Counted from the first letter of the stretch, positions 41,340 to 52,500 are shown. The stretch: DNA of 64,000 nt from Terriglobia bacterium (GCA_965218585.1 CBDCLE010000009.1:106755-170754), one strand, 5' to 3'. Numbers and translations are program-made. Notes: generated by a model from the sequence alone, not told the origin.

Positions 41340-42050
41340 TGTTCTGTCCCGGAAATATATGAGCAGAGTCGTTTGAGCTTGGCAAGAATGGATTCGTATT
41401 TCCGATGAGAACCCCCGGCTCATGCCCGTACCGCGTCCTGAAAACGACTGGGGGGGGCGATTCACAAAATCCCCCCATCACGATTTACACTGGCCTCGCC
41501 ACTCGTCCCTTGTCTTTTCTTTGGTGTACGCCTCGATGCCGGGGCTGGCCGCGGCCGATCGGGCGTTAAGAGAAGTGGACGGGAGCGACCCCCCTTTTCG
41601 AGACCTCGGTGCGGGCATAGGGACGGGTGGCTTTTTACAGCCACCGTTCCGCCCCGAGGGACTCCCCATCATTTGTCAAGCGGCGGCCCCCTGCCGAATG
41701 GGGTCGCTCCCGTCCGCAGCATCCATCCTTGCAGGAAGGCAGTCGAATCGATGAGGAAGCCGGCCCGCTCCGTGGACCGGCTCACCCAAAAAGACGACCC
41801 CGGCCCAGAAGCCCGTTCGCCCCCGGTTTCTCAGCGCTTCCCAGAGACAGCGATGGGCGGCACCCCTTGAGCGCAACGCCGTGCTGGTCGCCTGTTAAGG
41901 ATAAGCAGTGCCGCAGGGCAGCTTCAGGTGGGCAAGTTCATAACCTACGCAGATCTTGGCACCCGATTGCGCAAGGGCCGCCTTCGCGCCGCTCCTTTCT
42001 AATTCTAAGACCGGTGGTTATCGCACTTGACAAATTGATAAAGGGCCTCC

Positions 42051-43700
42051 TCACCGTTCCCGCAGTACTCTCCTGAGCACCTTGCCCAGGGCGCTCTTGG
42101 GCAACTCATCCACAAACTCAATCCTTTTGGGAATCTTGAATTTTGAAAGCTTGTCCTGGCAGAACTGGATGATCTCCTGCCTGGAGAGTTCCTGGCCCGG
42201 TTCGACCACGATGAAGGCCTTGACCGTCTCTTCCCGGACAGCGCTGGAAACGCCCACAACGGCGGCCTCCACAACTTTGGGGTGCTGGTGCAGAACCTCT
42301 TCCACCTCCCTTGGATAGATGTTCATTCCCGCGCTGATGATCAGATCCTTCTTGCGATCAACGATGGAGAAAAACCCCTCCTCGTCCATCACCGCCATAT
42401 CTCCGGTGTAAAGCCAGCCTTCCCGAAGCACTTGGGCGGTCTCTTCGGGCATCTGCCAATAGCCCTTCATGACCTGCGGACCCTGAAGGGCAAGCTCGCC
42501 CACTTCTCCTGCCGGAAGCGGCGTCTTGGTCTCCGGGTTCACCACCCGGGCCACCGTATCTGAGACGGGAATCCCGATGGTTCCGCTCTTCCGATAACCA
42601 TGAATGGGATTGACCAGCGCCACGGGGGAGGTCTCCGATAGCCCATAGCCCTCCACCAATCGTCCACCGGTCAACTCCTCGAACCTTCGCTGGATGTCGA
42701 CCGGAAGTCCCGCCCCACCGCTTACGCAGATTCGAATCGATCCAACATCCCGGCTGCTCACCTGCGGCTGCCGGTTGATGGCGTTGTACATGGAGGGCAC
42801 AGCACAGAAGATTGTCGGTCGATGCTTCTTGATTTTCTTGATCACGTCGGCCAATTCAAAGCGAGGCAACAGGACCATCGCCGACTGACTTTCGACAGCC
42901 AGATGCATTCCCGTCGTCATCCCGTAACTGTGAAAGAAGGGGAGAACACACAGACAGATCTCCTGCCCCTCCCGCACATCGGAGAGCCACCGGCGGGTCT
43001 GCAGCACGTTAGTAGCTAGGTTTCGGTGGGTCAGAACGGCGCCCTTGGAGACGCCAGTGGTGCCGCCGGTGTAAAGGAGAATGGCCGTATCGTCCGGACT
43101 TACATCAACGAAGGGGGCCGATGCCTTCCGCCGGATCAGGTCCCGGTACTGGTAGACGCCGTCCCCCGACGGCTTGGGAGCGGACCGGTTCTTCAGGCGA
43201 TAGAGCACCGACAGCACGGGGGGGAGAAAGTCCGGAACTCGCGTCACGACGATCCGACGAACGGAGGTATTGGTCCGAACCCGTTCCAGTCGGGGATAGA
43301 GCTGATCCAGGATCACTACCGTCTCTGTGCCGGAACTGCCTAACTGCCGCTCCAGCTCTCTTTCCACGTAGAGCGGGTTGGTGGGAACCAGGATTCCCCC
43401 TAAGCGGAGAACTGCAAAGTGGACAATAGGGTAGGCGGGAAGGTTGGGCAGGATCAAGGCAACCCGGTCGCCCTTCTTTACTCCCAGGCTTGACAGGGCG
43501 CCGGCGAAGGATTCGGCCAGCTCAAGCAGCCGGGCATACGAAAGCCGGGCGCCGAAAAACAGCGTGGCGGTGCTTCCCGGGTTCTTCGCCGCCGCCTCCT
43601 CCAACAGTTGATAGACGCTCTGTTCTGGATAATCGATGGTGTGAGGAACGCCTTCCTCATAGTGTCTCAACCAGATCCGATTGTCCCGTGTCTCTTCCAT
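42051..43700 (-). CDS. fadD: Long-chain fatty acid-CoA ligase
   Basis: YTGGTTGVSKG, EGYGLSE, TGDMA, VDRKKD, LPKS..GK. Confidence 0.92.
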   Translation of the reverse strand: MEETRDNRIWLRHYEEGVPHTIDYPEQSVYQLLEEAAAKNPGSTATLFFGARLSYARLLELAESFAGALSSLGVKKGDRVALILPNLPAYPIVHFAVLRLGGILVPTNPLYVERELERQLGSSGTETVVILDQLYPRLERVRTNTSVRRIVVTRVPDFLPPVLSVLYRLKNRSAPKPSGDGVYQYRDLIRRKASAPFVDVSPDDTAILLYTGGTTGVSKGAVLTHRNLATNVLQTRRWLSDVREGQEICLCVLPFFHSYGMTTGMHLAVESQSAMVLLPRFELADVIKKIKKHRPTIFCAVPSMYNAINRQPQVSSRDVGSIRICVSGGAGLPVDIQRRFEELTGGRLVEGYGLSETSPVALVNPIHGYRKSGTIGIPVSDTVARVVNPETKTPLPAGEVGELALQGPQVMKGYWQMPEETAQVLREGWLYTGDMAVMDEEGFFSIVDRKKDLIISAGMNIYPREVEEVLHQHPKVVEAAVVGVSSAVREETVKAFIVVEPGQELSRQEIIQFCQDKLSKFKIPKRIEFVDELPKSALGKVLRRVLRER

Positions 43701-43824
43701 ACTTCTTCCCCGTCAGGGCTGATGACCCCGCTTGTTTGGTCCAATCCTGTCTTTCGCATCGAACTCCCCTGAGGGACGCCCGTGCATCGAAACTTACCGG
43801 GCAACCCGATCCCAACTCCGCGTC

Positions 43825-43930
43825 GGTGATCGCTGCCCACGCTGCCGCGCAGGGCGGTGGTGGGAGCAAACCGGTAGCGGCCGGAGAGCTTCCCGTTTGT
43901 CGTGGCACCGAAGAGATCGAAGTGCTGCCA
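43825..43930 (-). pseudogene. Short TonB-dependent receptor-like fragment
   Basis: Manual translation HFDLFGATTNGKLSGRYRFAPTTALRGSVGS resembles a TBDR barrel segment; no start. Confidence 0.35.
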
Positions 43931-43985
43931 GTTCCATGCCGGTCCGGTTTCCGCGTCGGCGCAGTCATGGCGCGCAGCATCCTAC

Positions 43986-44336
43986 TTACTGTTTCGTATG
44001 GCGGACAGTCTCTTGTTGCAGCTCTCGCTTTAGGGCTGCAACTGCCCGTTCCAGGCCATATCCATAGGGCCAACTTGGTTCCTGCGCTTCGCAGAGCGCA
44101 CGGAAATTCATTATCGCGCTGACTTTGGCACGGAAGTTGATCTGGCCGGTCGGCTCTTTAGGCCTGTGGACTTGCCGGGACACAAAACCGGTTGCTTCGG
44201 CAACCTGTTTGAGATCCGCAGTATCTACCGAGCGATCGTTGCTGATGCTCTTTTCGGGGAGTCTCCATCGATCAGGTTTTACTTGCTCGAACGCATCCCC
44301 AAAACCGAGATCCTGTGGTTCTTTTGTTGCGGTCAT
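43986..44336 (-). CDS. Plasmid-type stability/partition partner (StbB-like)
   Basis: Coupled to parA by ATGA overlap; AEATGFVSR...TGQINFRA pattern. Confidence 0.6.
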   Translation of the reverse strand: MTATKEPQDLGFGDAFEQVKPDRWRLPEKSISNDRSVDTADLKQVAEATGFVSRQVHRPKEPTGQINFRAKVSAIMNFRALCEAQEPSWPYGYGLERAVAALKRELQQETVRHTKQ

Positions 44337-45037
44337 GTGACCTCCTGCGATTGAGTGGTGTGCTTCGTGGCGGCGGTTACGGCCAAACGGCTAAGAACCT
44401 CCCCGGCAAACGCACGTGCATTGATAACCGCCTCATCGAGTTTGTATGCGGCATTCGGGTTTAGTGTTTCGAGTGTCCCGCCAAAGGAAAATAGTTGACG
44501 GAACGCATCGCGTTCCAGGAGTTGTGTTTGAAGAACCGGCATTTTGGCTTGTTCAATCTGCGTCAAGATGTTGGACAGCGTTCTGGGTCGGATCGCGGCC
44601 CTCGTTTTTGTCAGGAAGAGTGCAAACGGGATTTTGATCCTGAAAGCCTGTTCGTGATTCCTAATCAGCTGCACGATCATGGCCCCAGCCCGAGCGTCCA
44701 TGCTGGAAGGTTGGATCGGCACTAGAACGAAATCCGAACGGCTAAAGGCGTAGGCGACGACCGTGCTAGCCGTTCCTTCGAGGTCGATGATGACGAACTG
44801 AGACCGGATCTGTGCTTGATCAATAGCTTCGATGATGGTGTCTTCGGTCAGGTCAGCGAGTACTTCCAGTTTGTCGGGCTTGTCAGGTAGCTTGCTCCAG
44901 CCGTTGATCCATTTGAGGGGATCAGCGTCGATCACGGTAACGTCAAATCCCTTCACCGCAAGCTCGGTGGAAAGAAGAAGTGCCGCAGTGGTCTTCCCAG
45001 CGCCGCCCTTCGGGCTTGCAAAAGTTATAACTGGCAT
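44333..45037 (-). CDS. parA: ParA-family ATPase (plasmid type Ib-like)
   Basis: SPKGGAGKTT, IDADP, IIDLEG. Confidence 0.9.
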   Translation of the reverse strand: MPVITFASPKGGAGKTTAALLLSTELAVKGFDVTVIDADPLKWINGWSKLPDKPDKLEVLADLTEDTIIEAIDQAQIRSQFVIIDLEGTASTVVAYAFSRSDFVLVPIQPSSMDARAGAMIVQLIRNHEQAFRIKIPFALFLTKTRAAIRPRTLSNILTQIEQAKMPVLQTQLLERDAFRQLFSFGGTLETLNPNAAYKLDEAVINARAFAGEVLSRLAVTAATKHTTQSQEVT

Positions 45038-45122
45038 TGCCTGAAAGCTCCGACAGATTTGAATAGAACGAACTTCCTGAACAACATCTCTGTCAGCAAC
45101 GAGGATAGCAGAATTGATAGAG

Positions 45123-45150
45123 ATAGCAAGTACTGTCAAGTACTTGCTAT
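45123..45150. promoter_or_regulatory. Palindromic operator/centromere-like site upstream of parA
   Basis: ATAGCAAGTACT-GTCA-AGTACTTGCTAT with nearby GATAG direct repeats. Confidence 0.55.
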
Positions 45151-45526
45151 TATCCACTTAAAGATAAGGCATGTCCTCCTGCCAGTACCGTAGCCGGTGA
45201 TGCCGGTGGCGCGAAAGCTGTGTAAGTCAATTTTGGCTTCGATACCGTCCGTCGCCGCTCCGCAGATAGTGCGGTGGCAGGAGCTCTGCTGGCAGCCGGC
45301 AGATCCTAGAATGGATCAGCGGTTCGCTTTGACAACGTAAAAAGAGCCCACCCCGATCGAGTAAAAAGGACCCACCCCCCGGGTTAATGGTTTGTAAGTA
45401 AATCCGCCGTCGGGGTTGCGGGAAGTGTGGAAGCCGAAAGCTTCCAAGCCGCGGTGGTAACGCGCCGGCTTTGCAGCGGGTTTCCACGGTGGCGACACTT
45501 TCCACAGCCGCTCGCTCGCGTGTGTT

Positions 45527-46318
45527 TCACGCGGAACCTTGGGCGGACCGGGGTTTCTTCTTCCGTTTGCCCGCGGCACCGAGACTCTCGGTGAAGCGGA
45601 TACTTTCCCAATCGAACTGATGAATCGCACAGTGATGGGTCAATCGGTCCAGCAGGGCCGCGGTCAGGGCGGCATCGCCGAACACGCTGGTCCACTGCGC
45701 AAACGGCAGGTTCGACGTCACGATGAGGGAACCCTTTTCGTACCGGTCCGAGAAGACCTGAAACAGCAACTGGGCGCCCTCGGCCGAGAACGGGATATAG
45801 CCGACCTCGTCGACGATGAGCAGCTCGAAGCGGGACAACTTCGCCAGTTGCCGCTTCAACTGTCGCTCCTCACGGGACTCGATCAGCGTATTGACCCGCC
45901 CCGCGGCCGTGGTGAACCCGACGCGGTAGCCCCTCCGGCAGGCTTCCACGCCCAGCACCGTCGCGGCGTGGGTCTTGCCGGTGCCGTGCTTGCCCAACAG
46001 CACGACGTTCTCGCACCGGGTGATGGTGTCGCACTCGGCATAGTCGCGCACCTGGACCGCATCCAGTGCCGGCCACTTGTTCAGGTCGGTCGTTTCCAGG
46101 GTTTTCAACCGTGGGAACCGGGCCGTGCGCAACCGGCGCTGGATCTGATTGGCTTGCCGCTGTTCCAACTCGCGACTGGCCAGAGCCAGCAGAAAGCCGG
46201 GGTACCCCTCGCCGGCTTCCTTGGCCTGCCGGCCGTATTCCCGCCAGGCACGGACCATGGCCGGCAACCGGAGCTGCCGCAATGCGTCGTCCAGGACCAC
46301 CTCCTGTCCCGGAGTCAT
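45527..46318 (-). CDS. istB: IS21 helper ATPase
   Basis: GKHGTGKTH, LIVDEVGY, TSNLPF..W, LLDRLTHH. Confidence 0.93.
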   Translation of the reverse strand: MTPGQEVVLDDALRQLRLPAMVRAWREYGRQAKEAGEGYPGFLLALASRELEQRQANQIQRRLRTARFPRLKTLETTDLNKWPALDAVQVRDYAECDTITRCENVVLLGKHGTGKTHAATVLGVEACRRGYRVGFTTAAGRVNTLIESREERQLKRQLAKLSRFELLIVDEVGYIPFSAEGAQLLFQVFSDRYEKGSLIVTSNLPFAQWTSVFGDAALTAALLDRLTHHCAIHQFDWESIRFTESLGAAGKRKKKPRSAQGSA

Positions 46319-47152
46319 CGCACACCTCCAGCCAACAGGTCGTATCGATTCAGATCGGTTCCGGCAATCGCCCGGTCCGTGATCCCGGGCATCAGTCCGG
46401 ACTCGAGCGGGGCATGGGATCGGGCGGGTGCGTCCTCCCGCATCAGAATGTGCCGCACCGCTTCCAGTTCGACGCAGTGGGCATCGAGCGCATCCTGGAC
46501 GGCGGCCGACACCCGGCCCAGATCCCAGTTCTGGTGGAGTTGCAGGATGCTGATGAACTCCCGGGTGCCCCGGCTGTACCCATGCCGGTCCCGCAACCGC
46601 TCCAGCACCGTCTCGTAATGGGCCGGCCACTGGGGCCGCCACTGCCGGATCGGGCGGGCACTCTCAAACGAGGCCACCTTCCGCCGGATCAACTCCAGGT
46701 AGTGCAACGGATCGGTCCGCCAGTCGCTATGACCGAAGGCGCGGGCATGTTCGGCCACCTTCTTCTGGTCCGCGTAAAAGCTCACCCGGTCACAGCCGAT
46801 ATGGGCCCAGAGCCGGCGTCCCACATACGCGGTCGGCACCGAGTAGCGGTTCGAATCCACCTGGGCGGTCTGGTACCGGCTGATCCGCACGCCCACCACC
46901 TTCGTGTTTTCGAATGGCGTCTCGGGCAGCGCCAACAGGCGCTCTTTCTCGACCGCGTGCCGTTCCCCGATCGTGCGGGCGTCGGCCCGGCCGCCGATCC
47001 GGCGCTGCTCGTCGGTCGCGCAGCGTTCCAGCAGCTGCGCGTTCAGTTCCTCGAAGTCGGCCACCTCGGGAACCGGCACCAGGAAATTCCGGCGTGCGAA
47101 ACCGACCAGGCCCTCGACACCACCTTTCTCCTGGCCCCGGGCCGGATTACAA
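46315..47152 (-). pseudogene. istA: IS21 transposase, C-terminal half
   Basis: [21 protein letters not shown]; N-terminus missing. Confidence 0.85.
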
Positions 47153-47784
47153 CCAGCTCCGGCGCGCTCTGGCCCGGTGGTTCCGCTACGAACTGATCGC
47201 CATCGACGAAGTCGGCTACGTGCCGCTGGCGGACCTGGGGGCCGAACTGCTGTTCCAGGTCATCTCGGATCGCGCCGAGCGAGCGACGGTGATCCTGACC
47301 ACGAATCTGCCCTTTTCCGAGTGGACCCAAGTGTTTCCCAACGTCCGGCTGTGCAAAGCGCTGCTGGACCGGATCACCGATCGCGCCCACATCATCGAGA
47401 CCGGAACCGACTCCTACCGGTTCCGTCGGACGTTGGAGAAACGGCAGAAATCGCGGCCTCGGGCCGGGAAGGAGAAACCCGCGACAAAACCCACCTCCTG
47501 AGGGCCGTACCGATCCGCGATCGTCGATCCTCGGGGATCCTGGAAAGGAGGTTTTTTCCGAAAGAAAAAGAACAAAAAGAAAGAAACGGAGACCTGTGGA
47601 AGACGACGCTGCTGATGGAAATCCTGAAATCAGGATTCCCACAGCAGCTTGGAAAAGCCTCGCCAAGAACGCTCGGCTTTTCCCACACAGGCCCGGCGGT
47701 GTCCTTCACTGCCTGGACCTATTAACCGAAGGGGTGGGCCAAAGCAAACGATCAGAAGTGGGCCATTCCGGGTGGACAAAGCCA
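47150..47784 (+). mobile_element. Second IS21 remnant (istB C-terminus plus right end)
   Basis: [27 protein letters not shown]; end GTGGGCCA..GTGGGCCA..GGTGGACAAAGCCA. Confidence 0.85.
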
Positions 47785-48500
47785 CGCGTGTCGCAGCGGC
47801 CTGGGGAGTCCCACGGTCGACGTACTATGCGCAGCGTCATCGGCGAAGATTTCCGATGGAGTTGCAGAGGCGCGGGCCGAAGACCCGGCTCACCGATGCG
47901 GAGCGGACTGAACGGATCCGTCATGAGATTGCGATCTTGCCGTTCACCGGAGAAGGCCACCGGAAGTTCTGGGAACGGCTCCGGGTGGCGGGCGTCGGAA
48001 CCTCCAAGACCCGGGTTCTGCGACTGATGCGGGAAGCTGGGCTGCTGGCGCCTCAGCGTCAGGCCGTGCCTGTCGTGGACCAGACGCATACCGGAAGGAT
48101 CGTTACCGATCGCCCGAACCAGATGTGGGGCATCGATGCCACCGCCACGGTGCCGCGCGACGACGGTCAGGTCACGGTGTTTGCCGCCGTGGATCACTGC
48201 ACGGCCGAGTGTGTGGGCCTTCACGCCGTCAAACGCGCGACGCGCTTTGAAGCGCTCGATCCGGTCCGGTAGGGCGTCAAAGAGTACTTCACCGGCTTCC
48301 TCGCCGATGCGGCAGCCGGACTTCAGCTCCGACATGATCACGGGTCGCAGTTCATGAGCGACGACTTTCAGAACGAGATCCGGTTCCTGGGCATCGGGTC
48401 GTCACCCGCCTTCGTCAGGGAACCGGAGGGCAACGGCTGTATCGAACGCTTCTTCAAAACTCTGAAAGAATAACTGCTCTGGGTGCGTCACTTCCGTTCC
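47785..48500 (+). pseudogene. IS3-type integrase-core transposase pseudogene
   Basis: RSTYY, RVLRLMRE, PNQMWGID, DHGSQF, NGCIERF; in-frame stops at 48270 and 48471. Confidence 0.85.
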
Positions 48501-48732
48501 ATACTGGGTGTCGACCTTCGGAAACGTGCTCATCGGCAGTTCGGGGGATGCACCCTGCGCCATGTCCGGCTGGAGACAGAGTTGAAACAGCTGTCAGGAC
48601 TGGGAGACTCCAGATGCGGCGCTGTAGTAAACCCCGGCGCCGGGCTGGCTCGGCCCGGTGGCGCAACGGCAGTGGCGGCGACACGTCGCGGCGCAACGGG
48701 ACTTGTTGCTTGTTCGAGAGGCGGGATTCTAC

Positions 48733-49722
48733 ATGTTCGGACCCTACGTCCATGATATCGATCCGATCATCGCCCAAATTGGCGGGGTTTATCTCTGGTG
48801 GTATGGGCTGGGCTATTCGCTGGGATTCCTGCATTTGCACCTGTTTCTGCGACGCCACAGGCTTCGGATCGGACTCACTTCAAGAGACGTCTATACTCTA
48901 AGTCTTTTCGTCGTGATGGGCGTGCTGGTCGGCGCGCGCCTCATCGAAGTTGCATTCGATGAGTGGCCCTTCTACCAGGCGCACCTGGCCCTGATTCCGG
49001 CGTACTGGTTGGGGGGACTGGCCTCTCACGGGGTGCTTCTGGGAGCGACTGGAGCGGTCACCTGCTTCGCATTGCTCTATCGGAAACGCCTGCTCGTACT
49101 GTTTGACGCCGTCGTAATCCCGGGTTCCTTTCTGATGGGGATGGGCCGACTGGGGAACTTCATTGACGGCCAGATCGTCGGTGCTCTCACCGATCTGCCA
49201 TGGGGCGTACTCTTTCCGGACGCAGCCGGATTCCGGCATCCGGTCGTTCTCTATGACGGCATCAAGAATCTCCTGCTGGTGCCCTTCCTGCTTCGAGTTC
49301 GAAACACCAATTCCACACCGGGAGCGCCGACGGCGCGTTTCGTCTTCTGGTATGCATTCCTGCGTGTATTCATTGATCTGTTTCGCGACTATCCCACGCA
49401 CCGGCTGGCTCTGGGCACTGGTCAGACCCTGAACATCGTCATGGCGTTGATCGGGGTCGTCCTGTTAATCCGATCGCGCCTTCGGCGACAGGGTCGCTTG
49501 CGCGGTGGCACCGAAGCGAAGGAGGAGAGACCCCGCTGGCCTGAGAGAGCGCCGCTCGCATTACAACGAGTCGCTCTTGTTCTCTTGCTGGTGTTTTGCC
49601 TGACGTTTCCCAGCAACTGGACCCAGAACGTGCCGGAACGATATGGCGCCCGGCACGCTGGCCTCGAACACTCGTGGCTGTACCCGGACATCGACACCTC
49701 GGCGACGAGTGGTGACCCGTAG
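48733..49722 (+). CDS. lgt: Prolipoprotein diacylglyceryl transferase-like protein (divergent Lgt paralogue)
   Basis: IDPI..WYG, GARL, GGLASHG, GRLGNF, PWGV.FP, RHP..LY. Confidence 0.8.
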   Translation: MFGPYVHDIDPIIAQIGGVYLWWYGLGYSLGFLHLHLFLRRHRLRIGLTSRDVYTLSLFVVMGVLVGARLIEVAFDEWPFYQAHLALIPAYWLGGLASHGVLLGATGAVTCFALLYRKRLLVLFDAVVIPGSFLMGMGRLGNFIDGQIVGALTDLPWGVLFPDAAGFRHPVVLYDGIKNLLLVPFLLRVRNTNSTPGAPTARFVFWYAFLRVFIDLFRDYPTHRLALGTGQTLNIVMALIGVVLLIRSRLRRQGRLRGGTEAKEERPRWPERAPLALQRVALVLLLVFCLTFPSNWTQNVPERYGARHAGLEHSWLYPDIDTSATSGDP

Positions 49723-49793
49723 GCGGCGGCGCTGACAACAACTGGTGGTTTGAGTGAGGCGGGGCCAGCGGGCTCCGCCCTGGGGAAAAGAAG

Positions 49794-50420
49794 ATGCGCA
49801 ATCGAGTCGTGACGCCGTTGGGCACCCTGGCGCTGTTGGTATCATTCACAGCGTCCCTGTCGGCGCAAACCCAGACCGTAGAGGGAAACCGATATCCGAA
49901 CACGGTCGAGGCCGTTGGCCGGACGCTCACCCTGGTCGGGGCCGGGCTTCGTGAACGGTGGTGGTTCGACGTCTACACGATGGGGGCCTACGCCGAGCGA
50001 CGCAGCTGCGACCCACAGATGCTGATCGCCACGGATCAGGCAAAGTCCCTCCGTATCGATCTGCTCCGCGATGTCGACGCGAAAACTATGGCCGGCGCGC
50101 TTGAAGATGCTTTTGAGAGGAACCTGCCGCCCAACGCGCCCCTCGGCATCCGATCTCAGATCGATACCTTCTTGGGCTATTTCCGGAAGGATCTGGAGAA
50201 GGGGGATCGCGTGGAGTTGACCTACGTTCCCGGCATGGGAACAGCGCTCATACAAAACCAGGAGCAGCAGGGATGGACGTTGGAAGGGAAGGGGTTCGCG
50301 GACCTGTTGTGGGGTTCCTATTTCAGCCCCTCAACCTGCTGCGCCGACCTCAAGAAGCAAATTCTCGCCCAGTGTTCCCAAACGGCCGTCTCGCCGCCCC
50401 CGGCCTGGGAGCAGAGATGA
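49794..50420 (+). CDS. Exported chalcone-isomerase-fold protein
   Basis: Signal peptide; L.G.G.R..WF.VY..G.Y, KGD...LTYVPG.G, GKGFA..LW. Confidence 0.75.
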   Translation: MRNRVVTPLGTLALLVSFTASLSAQTQTVEGNRYPNTVEAVGRTLTLVGAGLRERWWFDVYTMGAYAERRSCDPQMLIATDQAKSLRIDLLRDVDAKTMAGALEDAFERNLPPNAPLGIRSQIDTFLGYFRKDLEKGDRVELTYVPGMGTALIQNQEQQGWTLEGKGFADLLWGSYFSPSTCCADLKKQILAQCSQTAVSPPPAWEQR

Positions 50421-50847
50421 CCGATTCTGCCGGAAGACTGCGAGATGGAATCCGCCCCCGCCCAGCGGCTTCGTGAAAGCTGTCATCCCAGGCCGTGACG
50501 CCCCTCTCTATTACTTCCGATAATTTGCACTATGGCCGATATTTCAATAGCGGTGTCACGGATTCTGATCTGGCTGTACACCAATCCTTGGATGCTCAGG
50601 TGAGTCGCGACGACCTCCGACGGGATTAGTTGAACAACCCGCTCCAAGTAAGTCGTGTGAGAATCGATGACTCGGTCCATCTGAATCCTCCAGTCAGTCT
50701 GCGACTACTCGCCATCCACTGGCACGCATTGCCCACTCTGCCCACTCTATTGTACCGTGGAGTGACGGTGACCTGACCGACTGTCCGATGGAAGGGGGAT
50801 TTTCGGAGGGGGATCTTGAGCCCCGAAACCCCCATGGGGAAGAACAC

Positions 50848-51684
50848 ATGGAGCATCGTCATTTATTCCTGCAGGCACTCGCCGCCGGCCTTGCGGTGGC
50901 CCTCCTGGTCGGCGCGCAATACGGCTGCCGGGCAGACGCACCGGGCCAGGCTGAGGCGGAAGAACCGATGGACGTGGAGCAGGCGCAGGGCGCGGGGGAC
51001 GGCGAGGTTCACTGGAGCTACGAAGGCGACACCGGACCGGACCGGTGGGGCGGGCTGGACCCGTCCTTCGCAGTCTGTGACAACGGCGTCCAGCAGTCCC
51101 CGATCGATCTGGCGGGCATGATCCCGGCGGGCGGAGGCGGGCTCGAAATCCAGTGGCAGCCCACCGACGGCGAGGTCGTGGACAATGGACATACCATCCA
51201 GGTCAACATGGAAGCCGGGAGTTCCATCACCCTGGACGGCCGGCAATTCTCGCTCCTGCAGTTCCACTTCCATCTGCCGAGCGAGCACACGGTCGAGGGC
51301 GAAAGCTACCCCATGGAAGTGCACTTCGTGCATCAGGCCGACGAGGGCGATCTTGCCGTGAGCGGGGTCTTCATGGACGTCGACGGGGGGAACTCGGCCG
51401 TCCAGAGCATCTGGGATGCCGTACCGGGGGTCGATGAGGCGCCCGCACCGCTGGCCGCCCTCGATCCGAACGCCTTCCTGCCCGCAGGCCGGGGTTATTT
51501 CCGGTACGCCGGCTCCCTGACCACCCCGCCCTGCTCCGAGGTGGTCAGTTGGGTGGTGATCACCGAGGCAATCGCGGTTTCGCAGGCACAGGTCGATGCC
51601 TTCGCGGCGCGGTATCCGATGAACGCGCGTCCGGTCCAGCCGCTCCATCGGCGATTCGTGCTGACGAGGGAGCGAGGGGACTGA
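50848..51684 (+). CDS. Alpha-class carbonic anhydrase, exported
   Basis: HWSYEG..GP..W, QSPID, NGHT, QFHFH..SEH, EVHFVH, GSLTTPPCSE, NARPVQ. Confidence 0.95.
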   Translation: MEHRHLFLQALAAGLAVALLVGAQYGCRADAPGQAEAEEPMDVEQAQGAGDGEVHWSYEGDTGPDRWGGLDPSFAVCDNGVQQSPIDLAGMIPAGGGGLEIQWQPTDGEVVDNGHTIQVNMEAGSSITLDGRQFSLLQFHFHLPSEHTVEGESYPMEVHFVHQADEGDLAVSGVFMDVDGGNSAVQSIWDAVPGVDEAPAPLAALDPNAFLPAGRGYFRYAGSLTTPPCSEVVSWVVITEAIAVSQAQVDAFAARYPMNARPVQPLHRRFVLTRERGD

Positions 51685-51789
51685 TCGGCACGCGCTGCAG
51701 CGCCCCACGGCGGACATCGGACGATCGGCGGGCGCTACGGAGCATATCCCACCTGCGGACCACCTGAACCCGCACCGCGATTCGTGTGA

Positions 51790-51890
51790 CGAACCACGGC
51801 CAACTCGGCAAGCCACCGCGCGGCTTTCATGTCGCTCTTCCGGCCGGGCACGTTCTTGATGTGTGCGGCGTTGCCGACGATCAGTTCATT
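51790..51890 (-). pseudogene. IS110 transposase internal fragment
   Basis: Manual translation ELIVGNAAHIKNVPGRKSDMKAARWLAELA. Confidence 0.7.
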
Positions 51891-52500
51891 CCGTACTTAT
51901 TGGGGTCGAGTCCGGCAGGGGGCGAAATCCTACGCTGATATGGATTGACCCTGTCAATCTTCCGTTACGTTTCTCGAATGCGCCTCCTTCAATGTGCTGG
52001 ATTCAGGGCGCGGCCGGCATGATTCGCGACGGTGGATCACTCTGATATTCGTGGGTTGGCTACCACCTGACATCACTTCGTCGCGGAGCTGCCTCGGTCT
52101 AAGGACGTGGGTCGGTCTGGCTGAGCCAAGCCTCTCATAGCGTGCACGAGGATTCTCCTCACCGGCCTGCCACGCCCTGAATCCAACACATTACGTTTTT
52201 TGGGTCCAGCCTTGCTCCGGAAGCGCATGATGGCATTGCGCCCGGGGAGGCGTCGGAGGAGTTTTCCACACCTTGTCCATGGCACCGCGTGCTTCGAATA
52301 CATGGCGGAGCAGTGGCAAGGTGTGGAGAACTCCGGCCCATCTCTCAGCTCCGCGCCCGCGTTGCATGGGCTCGGCCCATCACCTCGCAAGCAATCGCCC
52401 AGATGAACCCCACCAGCTCGCGGGCCACCGCGGTGGTGACCACGCACTTCGCCTTGCCCGCGCTATACAGATGCCGGTACCGCGCACACAGCCGCTTCTG

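Larger units (their letters stand above)
45324..47152 (-). mobile_element. IS21-family element, 5'-truncated
   Basis: istA fragment, istB and a right end with repeated GTAAAAAG..CCCACC units. Confidence 0.85.

Noticed and set aside
41340-42050. 700-bp intergenic region with small hairpins
   Set aside because: No convincing ORF or recognisable RNA motif
52273-52500. Unusual N-terminus on the IS110 ORF and twin ORFs on both strands
   Set aside because: Product of the inverted duplication
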